A stretch of DNA of 60,883 bases from an uncultured Gammaproteobacteria bacterium (GCA_964431805.1 CAYSKV010000006.1:1-60883), one strand, 5' to 3'. Positions 48,562 to 58,484 are shown, counted from the stretch's first letter. Numbers and translations: made by a program. Notes: generated by a model from the sequence alone, not told the origin.

Positions 48562-49593
48562 TTAATTTTTTAATATTTGCGCTAATTTTTCGACCATCAT
48601 TTCAAGAGTAAATAATCGATTAACGCGTTCTTGCCCATTTTTACCTAAGAATAGGCGTAAACGCTTGTCTTGATGCAGTTTTATAATTTGCCGCGCTAAC
48701 ATTTCGCTATTGTCAGATTCAATTAATGACCCAGTATTATTTTCTATAATTAAATCCTCTAAACCAATATTTCTCGGACCTAAAATCGGTAGGCCGGCGG
48801 CCATAGCTTCTAAAACATTGCTATGATCATCAAGCGATAAATTTTCACCCAAAGTTAAAAAGACGTCAAAACTATCAAGCCATTTTTTTAGTTGCTCCTG
48901 CTCGCCGACTAACCAGATTAAATTATCAATTTCCATTTTTTTAGCCAACCAGGCAAGATTTTTTCTTTCTTCGCCTTCACCAATGATAATTAATTGAATA
49001 TTTGGTATAACCGGCAAGCTGATTTTTATGGCCTGGAAAATCGTTTCAATTTTTTGTTTTTGATTTAAAGGGGTTATGGCGCCGATTGTAAAATATTTTC
49101 GATGGAAGTTAACTCGCCCGGTGTTCGCTAGTTTATTAAAAATATTTTCTTGGTAAGCTATAATTTTAGCGCCAGGATTTATAATATTAATTTTAGTTTC
49201 ATCACAGCCAAGATTTTTTAATTTTAATTTAGAATAACTATTAAAAACCACGATTTTAGCCAGCCGATAATTTAATTTATATATTGTTAATAAAAATTTA
49301 TTAAATTTTTGATAATTTAATTCAGGATTTTCAAACCAAACAACTTTTAAACCGAGAAGGCGCGCTAGCGGCGTAATAATAATTTTTTCATTAAAATTAA
49401 TGCAAATTACTAAATCAACTTTTCGTTTAAATTTAAAATTAATCAATAAAGATAAAAATTTAAATTGTCCCAAGAAAGGTTTTTTAGAAAATAAAAAATT
49501 AATGAAGAAATTTTTTTGCCCCAATTCTTTAAGGGCGCAAAGTAATAATGAATTTTTTTCTAACGAAGAATTAATAACGATAATTTTTGTCAT
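48562..49593 (-). CDS. Glycosyltransferase family 4
   Basis: GEGEER, VLEAMAAGLP GT-B motif. Confidence 0.88.
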   Translation of the reverse strand: MTKIIVINSSLEKNSLLLCALKELGQKNFFINFLFSKKPFLGQFKFLSLLINFKFKRKVDLVICINFNEKIIITPLARLLGLKVVWFENPELNYQKFNKFLLTIYKLNYRLAKIVVFNSYSKLKLKNLGCDETKINIINPGAKIIAYQENIFNKLANTGRVNFHRKYFTIGAITPLNQKQKIETIFQAIKISLPVIPNIQLIIIGEGEERKNLAWLAKKMEIDNLIWLVGEQEQLKKWLDSFDVFLTLGENLSLDDHSNVLEAMAAGLPILGPRNIGLEDLIIENNTGSLIESDNSEMLARQIIKLHQDKRLRLFLGKNGQERVNRLFTLEMMVEKLAQILKN

Positions 49594-49609
49594 ATTATTT
49601 TAAAAACAC

Positions 49610-51058
49610 CTAAGATAATTTTAAATCTTCTTTATTTATACCTTTAAGTAAATATAAACTAATAATATAAATTAACGCGCCTAATAAAATCACTAATATT
49701 AAATTTATTTTATCCATTAAAAAGTAAACGGCGACACCCATAATTAAACTGGCGATTAGAGATTTTAAAAATATCATTAAATTTGGGCTAAAATTAGAGT
49801 ATTTTATTATAATATAAAAAGAAAAAGCAGTGATAGCGAATTCGCTATAAACCGTTACCCAGGCGGCTCCGTTGTAAGAAAAAAGAGGAATAAAAATTAA
49901 ATAACCGATTAAAGAAGTTATTGCAGTGAAGATATAAGCGCCAATAATATTTTTTTGTTTATCTAAGGCAATAACGGCATGGGCAAATAAGCAACCGACA
50001 AAAATAAAACCGATGGCCAGCATTAATATTTTTAGAATATTACCCGATTGAGCAAAATTTTCTCCAGCTATCATTATCATTAATGGTTTGGCTGTAAGTT
50101 GGGCGCCGATGATTAAAGGAACGGCTGATATAACCATAACGTCAAATGATTTTTGTAAAATTTTATTAAACTTTTGTAAATTTTTATTAGACCATTCTAG
50201 TGTTAAAATTGGCAGAATTAAGCCAGCGAACATAAAAGGCAGGGTGGTTAAGATGTCAATTACTTTATAAGTAGCGCCGTATAACCCGACATCGGCTTGG
50301 CCTTTTAATAATGATAAAATAAAAATATCAGCTCTTAAGTAAATTAAATTAAAAAAAATGGTTAAGCCAAGCGGCCATGATTTTTTTATAATTTCACGCC
50401 AAACGCTTAAATCAATTTGCCAGCCAATTTTAATGAAACGACGAGAAAACCAATAATGCATAACAAAACTTATAAAACTTGAAATAACAGTTGCCACCAT
50501 AATACTTAACAAGCCTAAATTCATGTAAGCCGTTACAATAACCCCGGCAAGCAAAATTATTCGGCTAGCTACTTCAGCCGTAGCTACTACAGTCATGGTT
50601 AAATTTTTTTGGAAAAAACCAACTAAAATTTGGTTTAAGGCCGTAAAGAAAAACGACAAAGCCGTAACAGCCACGCCTAATTTAATAATTGGCTCATAGG
50701 GAAAAAATAAAATAACGAGCGGCGCTAAGCCTAGAAAAAATATGGCTGAAACTAAGCGTAAGCTAAAAAGATTATTTAATAAAACGCTTTGATTATTGCC
50801 CGGCTGGCTAATCATTTGTGAAGTGATTAAAGTTAAGCCAAAATCAGCGATAATGCCAAAAAAAGATAAAAAAGTAATAATGGTAGTATATTGACCGAAG
50901 CCAATTTCTTTTAAATATCTAGCCATAATGGCAATGGCTAATAACCCTACAATAGTGGCGATAACTTTGCCGATTATTTGGATAATGGTGTTATAAGCGA
51001 CTTGTGACGAAAGTTTTTGGTTCACCCCGTTAGAAATTTTATTGTTTTTTGTCTCCAT
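49610..51058 (-). CDS. Oligosaccharide flippase (Wzx/MOP family)
   Basis: Multiple TM; FGQY, ADFGL, LRADIFILS, VGLYGA.YK. Confidence 0.9.
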   Translation of the reverse strand: METKNNKISNGVNQKLSSQVAYNTIIQIIGKVIATIVGLLAIAIMARYLKEIGFGQYTTIITFLSFFGIIADFGLTLITSQMISQPGNNQSVLLNNLFSLRLVSAIFFLGLAPLVILFFPYEPIIKLGVAVTALSFFFTALNQILVGFFQKNLTMTVVATAEVASRIILLAGVIVTAYMNLGLLSIMVATVISSFISFVMHYWFSRRFIKIGWQIDLSVWREIIKKSWPLGLTIFFNLIYLRADIFILSLLKGQADVGLYGATYKVIDILTTLPFMFAGLILPILTLEWSNKNLQKFNKILQKSFDVMVISAVPLIIGAQLTAKPLMIMIAGENFAQSGNILKILMLAIGFIFVGCLFAHAVIALDKQKNIIGAYIFTAITSLIGYLIFIPLFSYNGAAWVTVYSEFAITAFSFYIIIKYSNFSPNLMIFLKSLIASLIMGVAVYFLMDKINLILVILLGALIYIISLYLLKGINKEDLKLS

Positions 51059-51328
51059 AGTAATATTTCAAACGATTTTTTAAATATTTTTTGCCCATGC
51101 CGCTTTTTAAATATTTTTCTCTAGCAAAAGCATCAAATTTATTATATGATATCTCAAAATATATAGGCTTAAATGGTTTTCTGTTCTTAGTTGCATATAC
51201 TTTTCCATCATTATGCTCCTTTATTCTGCTAACTATGTCTTTTGTACAGCCGGTATACCACAATTTGTCTTTTAAACTTTCTAAGACATAAACATACCAC
51301 AATGTTTTTTGTAAATTTCTAACGGGGT
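51024..51328. mobile_element. TIR-bounded element carrying GIY-YIG gene
   Basis: Perfect 16-bp inverted repeats ACCCCGTTAGAAATTT (51024-51039) / AAATTTCTAACGGGGT (51313-51328). Confidence 0.7.
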
Positions 51329-51332
51329 TCAT
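51039..51332 (-). CDS. Short stand-alone GIY-YIG nuclease (alternative TTG start 51302)
   Basis: YVYVLES...WYTGCT..I.SRIKEH...AFAREKYLKSG.G. Confidence 0.9.
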   Translation of the reverse strand: MNPVRNLQKTLWYVYVLESLKDKLWYTGCTKDIVSRIKEHNDGKVYATKNRKPFKPIYFEISYNKFDAFAREKYLKSGMGKKYLKNRLKYYYGDKKQ

Positions 51333-51571
51333 GTTTTTGCTTGAATTGTCTATTTTTAGTATAATTAAGGTAGAGATAGTTATAAAACTATTTCTACTGT
51401 AATTTGCTATTTTTTACCTATACTTCGTCAAGCTGGCGTAAAATTATTTCGCCGTAGCTTATGCTACGACTCAATTATTTTACTGGCTTTCCTTGTTTAG
51501 GCGAAAAATATCTAAATTTCGCTACGAAATAGTTTTATAACTATCTTATAATTAAATTATAGCAAAATAAT

Positions 51572-52030
51572 ATGTTTATGACTAAAAAAATCTTTAAGTA
51601 TAGTTTAAGCGTGATTTTGTTGTCTATGGGGTTGGCTTTAATTACGGCAACGGTTGATTTTACAACGATTAATCAAGCTAAAGCCGCTACTATGTGGGAT
51701 ACGGTTAGCGAAGGCGGTCTTAAGCAGGTTGGCACAGAGGCCTATGGTAAAAGCAACCCCGATGACCCAAATTACGATATCAGAGCTATGGTTGTGAGAA
51801 TAATAAAAGTACTTTTAGGTTTTTTAGGAATAATAGCGACAGTTATAATTTTGTTTGCTGGTTTTAAATGGATGACGGCTGGCGGCAATGAGGAAAAAGT
51901 TAGTGAAGCCAAAAAAATGTTAATGGCCGGGTTAATTGGTCTGTTTATTATTTTATTTTCCTACGCTTTAGCTACCTTTGTTTTAAAATATATGTCCGCA
52001 GCCGCCACCAACACTCAGGTAATTTGGTAA
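51572..52030 (+). CDS. VirB2-like pilin 7
   Basis: FAGFKWMTAGGNEEKVSEAKK core. Confidence 0.87.
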   Translation: MFMTKKIFKYSLSVILLSMGLALITATVDFTTINQAKAATMWDTVSEGGLKQVGTEAYGKSNPDDPNYDIRAMVVRIIKVLLGFLGIIATVIILFAGFKWMTAGGNEEKVSEAKKMLMAGLIGLFIILFSYALATFVLKYMSAAATNTQVIW

Positions 52031-52132
52031 CATTTATATTTTATAAAATTATATTAACTAACTTAATAAATTAATTTATTGACCCCATTAAATTCGCTAG
52101 AAGCAAATTTATTCAACGGGGTGAAAAAAACT

Positions 52133-52567
52133 ATGAAACAAGACATTATTAAAAAAATTATTTCGGTGGCAATGATTTTTTCGGCATTTATTTTTGTATT
52201 GTCTCCGATGACTCAAGCTTTAGCTGAAGTTACTGCGGATGATTACTGGGGTGGTACTGAGCAAAAGCAGTATGTTGATACAAATTCCGGATTAGCCGGA
52301 GGCGAGGGAGCTAGGGATCCGAGAGCAATAATAGTTGATGTTATTAGATTTATTTTAGGCTTCTTAGGCATAATCGCGGTTGTCATTATTTTATTCGCTG
52401 GATTTAAATGGATGACCTCAGGCGGTAATGAAGAAAAAGTTAGCGAAGCTAAAAAGATGTTGGTTAACGGTTTAATCGGTTTAGTTATTATTTTGTGCTC
52501 TTACGCTATAGCCACTTTTGTTATAAATCAAATAATCGGGGCGACTACAGGTACGACCGTCAATTAG
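52133..52567 (+). CDS. VirB2-like pilin 8 (track start 52079)
   Basis: FAGFKWMTSGGNEEKVSEAKK core. Confidence 0.87.
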   Translation: MKQDIIKKIISVAMIFSAFIFVLSPMTQALAEVTADDYWGGTEQKQYVDTNSGLAGGEGARDPRAIIVDVIRFILGFLGIIAVVIILFAGFKWMTSGGNEEKVSEAKKMLVNGLIGLVIILCSYAIATFVINQIIGATTGTTVN

Positions 52568-52598
52568 ATTAAAAGCGGCCGGACAGAAAAAATAAATT

Positions 52599-53600
52599 AT
52601 GTTTAAAACTTTTAAGTTTTTTAAAATATTTTTTATTGTTTTAGTTTTGTTTTTCTTTTTTATTTTTTTATTTAGCCAAGGCCAGGTTTATAAAAAAGAA
52701 GAATTAGAATATGGCATAACTTTTTCTAAAAAGCAGGCAGAAAGCCTGGACTTAGATTGGAAAAATGTTTATATGTCTATTTTTGATGATTTAGGCATAA
52801 AAAAAATAAGACTACCAGCCTATTGGGACGAAATTGAAAATCAAGAAGGTAATTATTCATGGGAGAATCTTGATTGGCAAATCAATCAGGCGAGTGAAAA
52901 GCAGGCCGAAATTATTTTAGCAGTTGGCGCTCGTTTGCCGCGTTGGCCAGAATGCCATTTTCCTGATTGGACCGAAGGCAGGTTAAAGGCTCAAATAGAA
53001 AATAGTACTTTAATATATTTAAATAAAGTAATTGAACGTTATAAAGATAACAAAAATATTGTGGCCTGGCAGATTGAAAATGAACCATTTTTATCTCATT
53101 TCGGCGATTGCCCAAAGTTTGACGCCAAATTTTTAGATCAAGAAATTGCCTTAACTAGAAGTCTTGATTCAAGACCCATTGTTGTTACTGATTCTGGCGA
53201 ACTATCTTATTGGGTAGGCGCGGCTAAGCGGGCTGATATTTTTGGCACTACCATGTATCTAAATACTTATTCCAGTTTTTTAAAGCGCTATATTCATTAT
53301 CCAATTGCACCGGCATTTTTTAAATTTAAAAAAAATATGGCTATTCTTTTTGCTAAGCCAAAAAATTGGGTAGTCATAGAAATGCAGGCTGAACCTTGGG
53401 GGCCGAAAGCCTATCAAGAATTATCGCAAGCCGATCGCGATCGCACCATGGATTTAGAAAAGTTTAAAGAAATGATTGAATTTGGGCATCAGACCGGTTT
53501 TCGAGAATTTTATCTTTGGGGAGTTGAATGGTGGTATTGGGAGTTAAAACAGGGCCGACCGGAAGTTTGGAATTATGCCAAGACTTTATTTAACAAGTAA
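52599..53600 (+). CDS. Membrane-anchored clan-A glycoside hydrolase
   Basis: IRLPAYWDEIE, WQIENEP acid/base motif, IEMQAEPW nucleophile region. Confidence 0.8.
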   Translation: MFKTFKFFKIFFIVLVLFFFFIFLFSQGQVYKKEELEYGITFSKKQAESLDLDWKNVYMSIFDDLGIKKIRLPAYWDEIENQEGNYSWENLDWQINQASEKQAEIILAVGARLPRWPECHFPDWTEGRLKAQIENSTLIYLNKVIERYKDNKNIVAWQIENEPFLSHFGDCPKFDAKFLDQEIALTRSLDSRPIVVTDSGELSYWVGAAKRADIFGTTMYLNTYSSFLKRYIHYPIAPAFFKFKKNMAILFAKPKNWVVIEMQAEPWGPKAYQELSQADRDRTMDLEKFKEMIEFGHQTGFREFYLWGVEWWYWELKQGRPEVWNYAKTLFNK

Positions 53601-53605
53601 TTTTT

Positions 53606-53684
53606 GTCATTCCGGCCTCTGAGCCGGAATCCAGTTTCAGTTCTCTAAATAAGTTTCTGGATTGCGGGTCAAGCCCGCAATGAC
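53606..53684. repeat. REP-like palindrome doublet
   Basis: GTCATTCCGGC..GCCGGAATCCAG and CTGGATTGCGGG.TCAAG.CCCGCAATGAC in inverted arrangement. Confidence 0.8.
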
Positions 53685-53695
53685 GATGGCAGCAT

Positions 53696-54559
53696 ATGAA
53701 TAAAATGAATAAACAATATACTGTTGGTATTGATATCGGCGGCACAAAAATGAGCGCGGTTTTATTCGATGGAATAAAAGTTATAGCCGATTATACCTTG
53801 GCTACGCCTAAAGACAATTTAGAGCATTTTATGATCATGTTAAAAGCTTTAATTGAGCCATTACAGGACAAAGCTAAAGCTAACGGCGCCATAATTAAAG
53901 GTATTGGCATAGGCGTTCCCGGCATGCTTGATTATAAAGAAAATAAAGTGGTTGAGGTGCCTAATTTACCATTTTTAAATGGTTTAAATTTACCAGCTAT
54001 TTTAAGTTCTAAATTAGGCATAGAACAAATTCAAATTGATAATGATGGTCATTGTTTTTTGCGCGCGGAAATGAAACTAGGCGCAGGAAAAAAATATTCT
54101 AATGTTTTTAGTATTACTATTGGTACTGGTTTCGGCGGCGGTTGGTGGCATAATGGCGAAATTTATAACGGCGCTCATGGCGGCGCTACTGAATTTAGTT
54201 GGTTAACGGTTGATTTTAAAGAGGGTATTAGATTAGAAGAAGCTTATCATAAATTAACGCAAAACAATCCAGCTACTTTAGCCGAAGAAGCTTACCGAGG
54301 AGATGTTTTAGCCCAAAAATCTTATAACGAATTAGGTCATTATTTTGGCATTAGTTTAGCCAATATGGTAAATTTGATTGATCCGGAATTAATTATTGTT
54401 GGCGGACGCGTTGTAGAATCAGATGATTTATTTTTACCGCAAGCTAAAAAAATAATGCGTAAATATATTAAATCACCGCAGGCGAAAGTTATAAAAATAG
54501 TTAAGGGTAAAATAGGTAATAATGCTGGAGCGATTGGAGCGGCGTTGTTAATTTCGTAA
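53696..54559 (+). CDS. ROK family sugar kinase
   Basis: GIDIGGTK, GIGVPG, DND, TIGTGFGGG, AGAIGAAL. Confidence 0.92.
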   Translation: MNKMNKQYTVGIDIGGTKMSAVLFDGIKVIADYTLATPKDNLEHFMIMLKALIEPLQDKAKANGAIIKGIGIGVPGMLDYKENKVVEVPNLPFLNGLNLPAILSSKLGIEQIQIDNDGHCFLRAEMKLGAGKKYSNVFSITIGTGFGGGWWHNGEIYNGAHGGATEFSWLTVDFKEGIRLEEAYHKLTQNNPATLAEEAYRGDVLAQKSYNELGHYFGISLANMVNLIDPELIIVGGRVVESDDLFLPQAKKIMRKYIKSPQAKVIKIVKGKIGNNAGAIGAALLIS

Positions 54560-54565
54560 AATTTT

Positions 54566-54594
54566 GTCATTCCGGTCTCCGAGCCGGAATCCAG
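54566..54594. repeat. REP-like palindrome, same family as 53606
   Basis: GTCATTCCGGTCTCCGAGCCGGAATCCAG. Confidence 0.8.
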
Positions 54595-54910
54595 GAGTTA
54601 GTGGGATAAACTTGGTAATATCTATTTTCTAAGTAAACAGTTTAATGAGTTTATTATACCTTTGATTAAACTTAACATTCGTGACGCTTCGCTAGGACTT
54701 ACTTTTTATGACTAAAAAGTAAGCAAAAAGTCTCGGGGGTTTCCGATTGGCTATTTCATTGATTTATCTAATCTCTGTAAGCCTTGTCGCCAACTCCAAC
54801 CCCCGAACCCCCTGGTGATTTTAAATAGTGAAAATAAAGTCTATTAAAAATATAAATATAAAAACACGGCGATAGCCGTGTTTTTTGTTGAGAGTTGAAT
54901 TGTTTAAAAA

Positions 54911-55348
54911 TTACAGGCTCGTTGCTGTTAATACAAGTTTTACCAAGGCGTAAGAGCTAAAAATAATAACAATACCTACTGCCGCCCAAATTAAAATATT
55001 TTTTCCTTTAGTTACTTGTTCTTGGTTGCCGGCTGATAGCATCCAAATAATACCGCCGTAAATAAACATTACTAAGGCCAATGAACCGATGACTCCCATA
55101 ACTGAATTAATAACTTTACCAAGAAGAGTAGGAATGTCAGTATTAGTAGCCGATCCGGTTAAGGGGTTATCAAGTTTTACGGCGCCAGAGGTTCCTGGGG
55201 CAATAGGTTTACAACCAGCTGGACAATTAGTGGTACCAGAAATAAACGGAGTGTCGCTACCCTCGGGGCAGGAGCAATCAGCAGCGAATGAATAATTAGC
55301 TAATACGAATAAAGAAATTATAATTGTCAAAAATATTATTTTTTTCAT
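54911..55348 (-). CDS. VirB2-like pilin 9 with Cys-rich N-terminal module
   Basis: CSC...C..GC; LDNPL; YGGIIWMLSAGNQEQVTKGK core. Confidence 0.85.
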   Translation of the reverse strand: MKKIIFLTIIISLFVLANYSFAADCSCPEGSDTPFISGTTNCPAGCKPIAPGTSGAVKLDNPLTGSATNTDIPTLLGKVINSVMGVIGSLALVMFIYGGIIWMLSAGNQEQVTKGKNILIWAAVGIVIIFSSYALVKLVLTATSL

Positions 55349-55458
55349 ATTGTTTTTAAATTATATATTTATATAATATAATTTTTTGAAACTTTAGTCA
55401 ATAAAAAAGAGCGGAAAGTAATATATTTCCGCTCTAAATTGAAGCTTTTCGTTCCGCA

Positions 55459-56289
55459 TTATGCAGAAGGAATAAGCTGTATTGTTATTTGTCCTCCTTT
55501 TTTATATTTAAGATTAAGCTCGTTGGCCCTCTCGTTCGTTAAAACCACGCCTTGTGGTTTTATAATCAGTTTTGTCGAATCATCAACGCGGGGTGCTTGG
55601 AGTTCGTCTTTGGGCGCACCAGTGACTATGTATCGCTGCCCTACTTTTAATTCTGTGATTGTTATAACCTCGTCAGTATAGAAAGTAACTTTCCATAATT
55701 GGCCGTCAGTAGATTTTTTTATAGAAAGTTTATTACTTAGAATACTGCCTCCATCAACCCAATCAAACATAGATGTTTCAACCCAAATTTTCTTATCAGA
55801 AGGAAAGCTGCCATTTTCTTTTGGTAACATTATTTCTGTGTAAGCAATCCCCTGAATAATTTTGGGTTTTTCTTCCGGCCTGACCTGTAAAACCGTATTT
55901 CCGGCATTAAGATAGTATTTATTCCAGCCCTTGTTTTGAGCTTGTTCAAAACCTTTTTCTGTCTGCCAGTAGAAACGATCTACCTTAGCTTTCGCTATAC
56001 CATAACTTCCTGCCGCCGCCGCTTCTGTTTTCAACGCTTGATTTGACCATCCGCGACCCTTAAGATCGGCGGTAGCGTTGAAGTTTCTTTTTGCGCTTTT
56101 TATATTTTGCCATCCCAATAAACCGAACACGATAAATAGGATAAGAAGCGCAAAACAAATTTTGGAAAATGTGATTTTTTTAAATTTTTCGGGCATTTTA
56201 GGCAAGCCAAATTTCGCTTTGTTTTCTTCTTCTTTTGGTTCGCCACCTAGTAATTTAAGCTTTTTTTCCTTTTTCTTTTCCGGTGCCAT
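55459..56289 (-). CDS. Hypothetical single-TM protein
   Basis: Charged N-terminus, one TM helix; SD GGAGG; overlaps SPFH gene end. Confidence 0.7.
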   Translation of the reverse strand: MAPEKKKEKKLKLLGGEPKEEENKAKFGLPKMPEKFKKITFSKICFALLILFIVFGLLGWQNIKSAKRNFNATADLKGRGWSNQALKTEAAAAGSYGIAKAKVDRFYWQTEKGFEQAQNKGWNKYYLNAGNTVLQVRPEEKPKIIQGIAYTEIMLPKENGSFPSDKKIWVETSMFDWVDGGSILSNKLSIKKSTDGQLWKVTFYTDEVITITELKVGQRYIVTGAPKDELQAPRVDDSTKLIIKPQGVVLTNERANELNLKYKKGGQITIQLIPSA

Positions 56290-57457
56290 CTTTTTTCACC
56301 TCCGCTGTTTTATCTTCTCCTAAAGATTGGTTTGTTAAATTCATGCCAGCAGCTAACTCAGCTCCCATTATAGGTGCCTCCGCTCCTTTACTGGCGATTA
56401 TTACACCCTTATTGTTTTTTATGGCTTCAAAATAGTTTTTGTTAAGTAGATATTGAGCAGCTGCCTTAGAATCAAGACCGGTAATATCCATTACTTTTTT
56501 AATTTCCTGGCCTATTGCTTCTCCTTCTACTGCTTGTTGGATTCTCTTTGCTTCCGCTGTTTTTTTAGCCGTTTCAATAGCAATTTCTGCTGCATCTCTT
56601 TCTTTTTCAGCAATAATGATTTTATCCCTTTGTTCTCGTATTTCCGGCGGCACAGCAATGTCAGTCACGGCGATACTTTCAATTTCGACTCCCCAGACTT
56701 TGAATTTATCAGCATCAGTATCTTTCTGGGTAATGATTGCATCAGCATTAGTATCGGATTTAGTTTCAATGGCTTTATCTAATTCCATTGTTCCATAATA
56801 AGCTCTAATGCCAGAATCAGTTTTTTCTCTAATGCCTTTAAATAAATTATCAATTTCGAAAGTTGCTCTGTGAGAGCCGTAGATACGGAAGAATATTTCA
56901 GCCGTAACAGCAGAAGTGGTGTTTTTGAAATTAATTGCCGCTTCTTTTATTCCATCTCTTTCGGTGCCATCCATATATAGTCTTAAACTCTGTGTATACA
57001 TGGGCACTTTTGCTTTAATGAACATAAAGAATGGAAATTTGATATGTAGGCCTGGCTCCCATGTTGTGAACCACTTACCAAACAATAAGATAATCCACTC
57101 TTCATTTTGTTCAACCTCATTCCAGCCGTTACGTATTACTAGAATGTTTAAAGCAATTGGAATAACAAAAAGAATTAGTAATTGGAGTATCCAAGATGGC
57201 CAAATAAAGAAACTAATACCGCTTAGGATAAACCCGGTTAAAATAGTTACAACAAATAACCCAAACCATAAAACGGGCGAGATTATTGCCGCTTCTTTTT
57301 GTTTTTCCTTTTTTTCTAATAAACAGTTGGTTTTAGCATGCTCCCGCTGTTTTTCTTCCACGCGTTTTATTTCTGTTTGTTCATCTGTTGTACCCTCTCT
57401 TTTTTTTAACTTCTTTATCTTTTCCCAAAAATTTTTTAATCCTTTCATTTTCTTCAC
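56255..57457 (-). CDS. SPFH/band-7 family membrane protein
   Basis: Two TM; VEQNEEWIILLFGK...PGLHIKFPF; WGVEIESIAVTDIAVP; coiled coil. Confidence 0.88.
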   Translation of the reverse strand: MKKMKGLKNFWEKIKKLKKREGTTDEQTEIKRVEEKQREHAKTNCLLEKKEKQKEAAIISPVLWFGLFVVTILTGFILSGISFFIWPSWILQLLILFVIPIALNILVIRNGWNEVEQNEEWIILLFGKWFTTWEPGLHIKFPFFMFIKAKVPMYTQSLRLYMDGTERDGIKEAAINFKNTTSAVTAEIFFRIYGSHRATFEIDNLFKGIREKTDSGIRAYYGTMELDKAIETKSDTNADAIITQKDTDADKFKVWGVEIESIAVTDIAVPPEIREQRDKIIIAEKERDAAEIAIETAKKTAEAKRIQQAVEGEAIGQEIKKVMDITGLDSKAAAQYLLNKNYFEAIKNNKGVIIASKGAEAPIMGAELAAGMNLTNQSLGEDKTAEVKKDGTGKEKGKKA

Positions 57458-57714
57458 CCTTTCCTTTCATTATATTTTTATTTTATTTTTTGTTTATTTA
57501 TTCGATTGTCAAAGTGCAACAATCGAACCTTCATATTTCACCCTTGGTTTATCTAAAAATAGACAAACCAAGAGGGAAGAAAAAGGCTCGATTTTTATTC
57601 TATTTGGCACATAAATACCAAAAGAACTAATTTATTATAATAGCATAAAGTTAAAAAAAAGTCAACTGTTTTACAACAATTAACTTTTTTATGGCTAAAA
57701 TTAGGTAAATTTAA

Positions 57715-58383
57715 TTAGCTATTTTTAACTTTACTATGCTTTTCTCGCCATTCCTGTATTTTTTTATGATTACCAGACAAAAGCACTATTGGTACCTGGT
57801 ATTTTTTATTATTAGTTTGAAAAAATTCCGGTCGCGTATATTGCGGGTGCTCTAAAACTCCTGGCTTAGCATGCGATTCATATTTTGCGCTATCGGCATT
57901 GCCTAAGGCGCCAGGCAATAATCTAGTAATGGAATCTACAATTGTCATGGCGCCAATTTCGCCACCGGTTAAAATATAATCGCCGATAGAAATTTCTTCA
58001 TCAATAAATTTAATAATTCTTTCATCAACGCCTTCGTAGCGGCCGCAAATTAAAATAATGTCGTTTAATTTAGTATGCGACTTAGCTAGTTGTTGATTCC
58101 AGGTTTTACCTTTTGCAGAAAGAAGAATAATTTTTATTTTTTTATTTTTAATTTTTGATTTAATATTTTTTATAGCTTTAAAGAGTGGTTCAATTTTCAT
58201 AACCATGCCAGCGCCACCCCCAAAGGGTGTGTCGTCTACGGTTTTATGCTTATCAGTTGTCCAATCGCGCAGGTTATAAATTTTTATGTTGATTAATTTA
58301 TTTTTTTGCGCGCGCTTAAGAATGCTCTCATTAAAATAAGAATCAAAGATTTTAGGAAAAATTGTGATAATATGAAAAGTCAT
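57715..58383 (-). CDS. trmD: tRNA (guanine-N1)-methyltransferase
   Basis: VDDTPFGGGAGMV, CGRYEGVDER, GDYILTGGE, PQYTRP. Confidence 0.98.
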   Translation of the reverse strand: MTFHIITIFPKIFDSYFNESILKRAQKNKLINIKIYNLRDWTTDKHKTVDDTPFGGGAGMVMKIEPLFKAIKNIKSKIKNKKIKIILLSAKGKTWNQQLAKSHTKLNDIILICGRYEGVDERIIKFIDEEISIGDYILTGGEIGAMTIVDSITRLLPGALGNADSAKYESHAKPGVLEHPQYTRPEFFQTNNKKYQVPIVLLSGNHKKIQEWREKHSKVKNS

Positions 58384-58414
58384 AAAATATTTAGTAATAA
58401 ATTTTATATGGAAA

Positions 58415-58484
58415 TGGATCCCGGATCAAGCCCGGGATGACGAAGGAAGAGATTGCTTCGCTTCTTGCAGAAGCTCGCAATGGC
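58415..58484. repeat. REP-like palindrome pair
   Basis: TGGATCCCGG.TCAAG.CCCGGGATGAC and GAGATTGCTTCG...CTCGCAATGGC. Confidence 0.7.
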
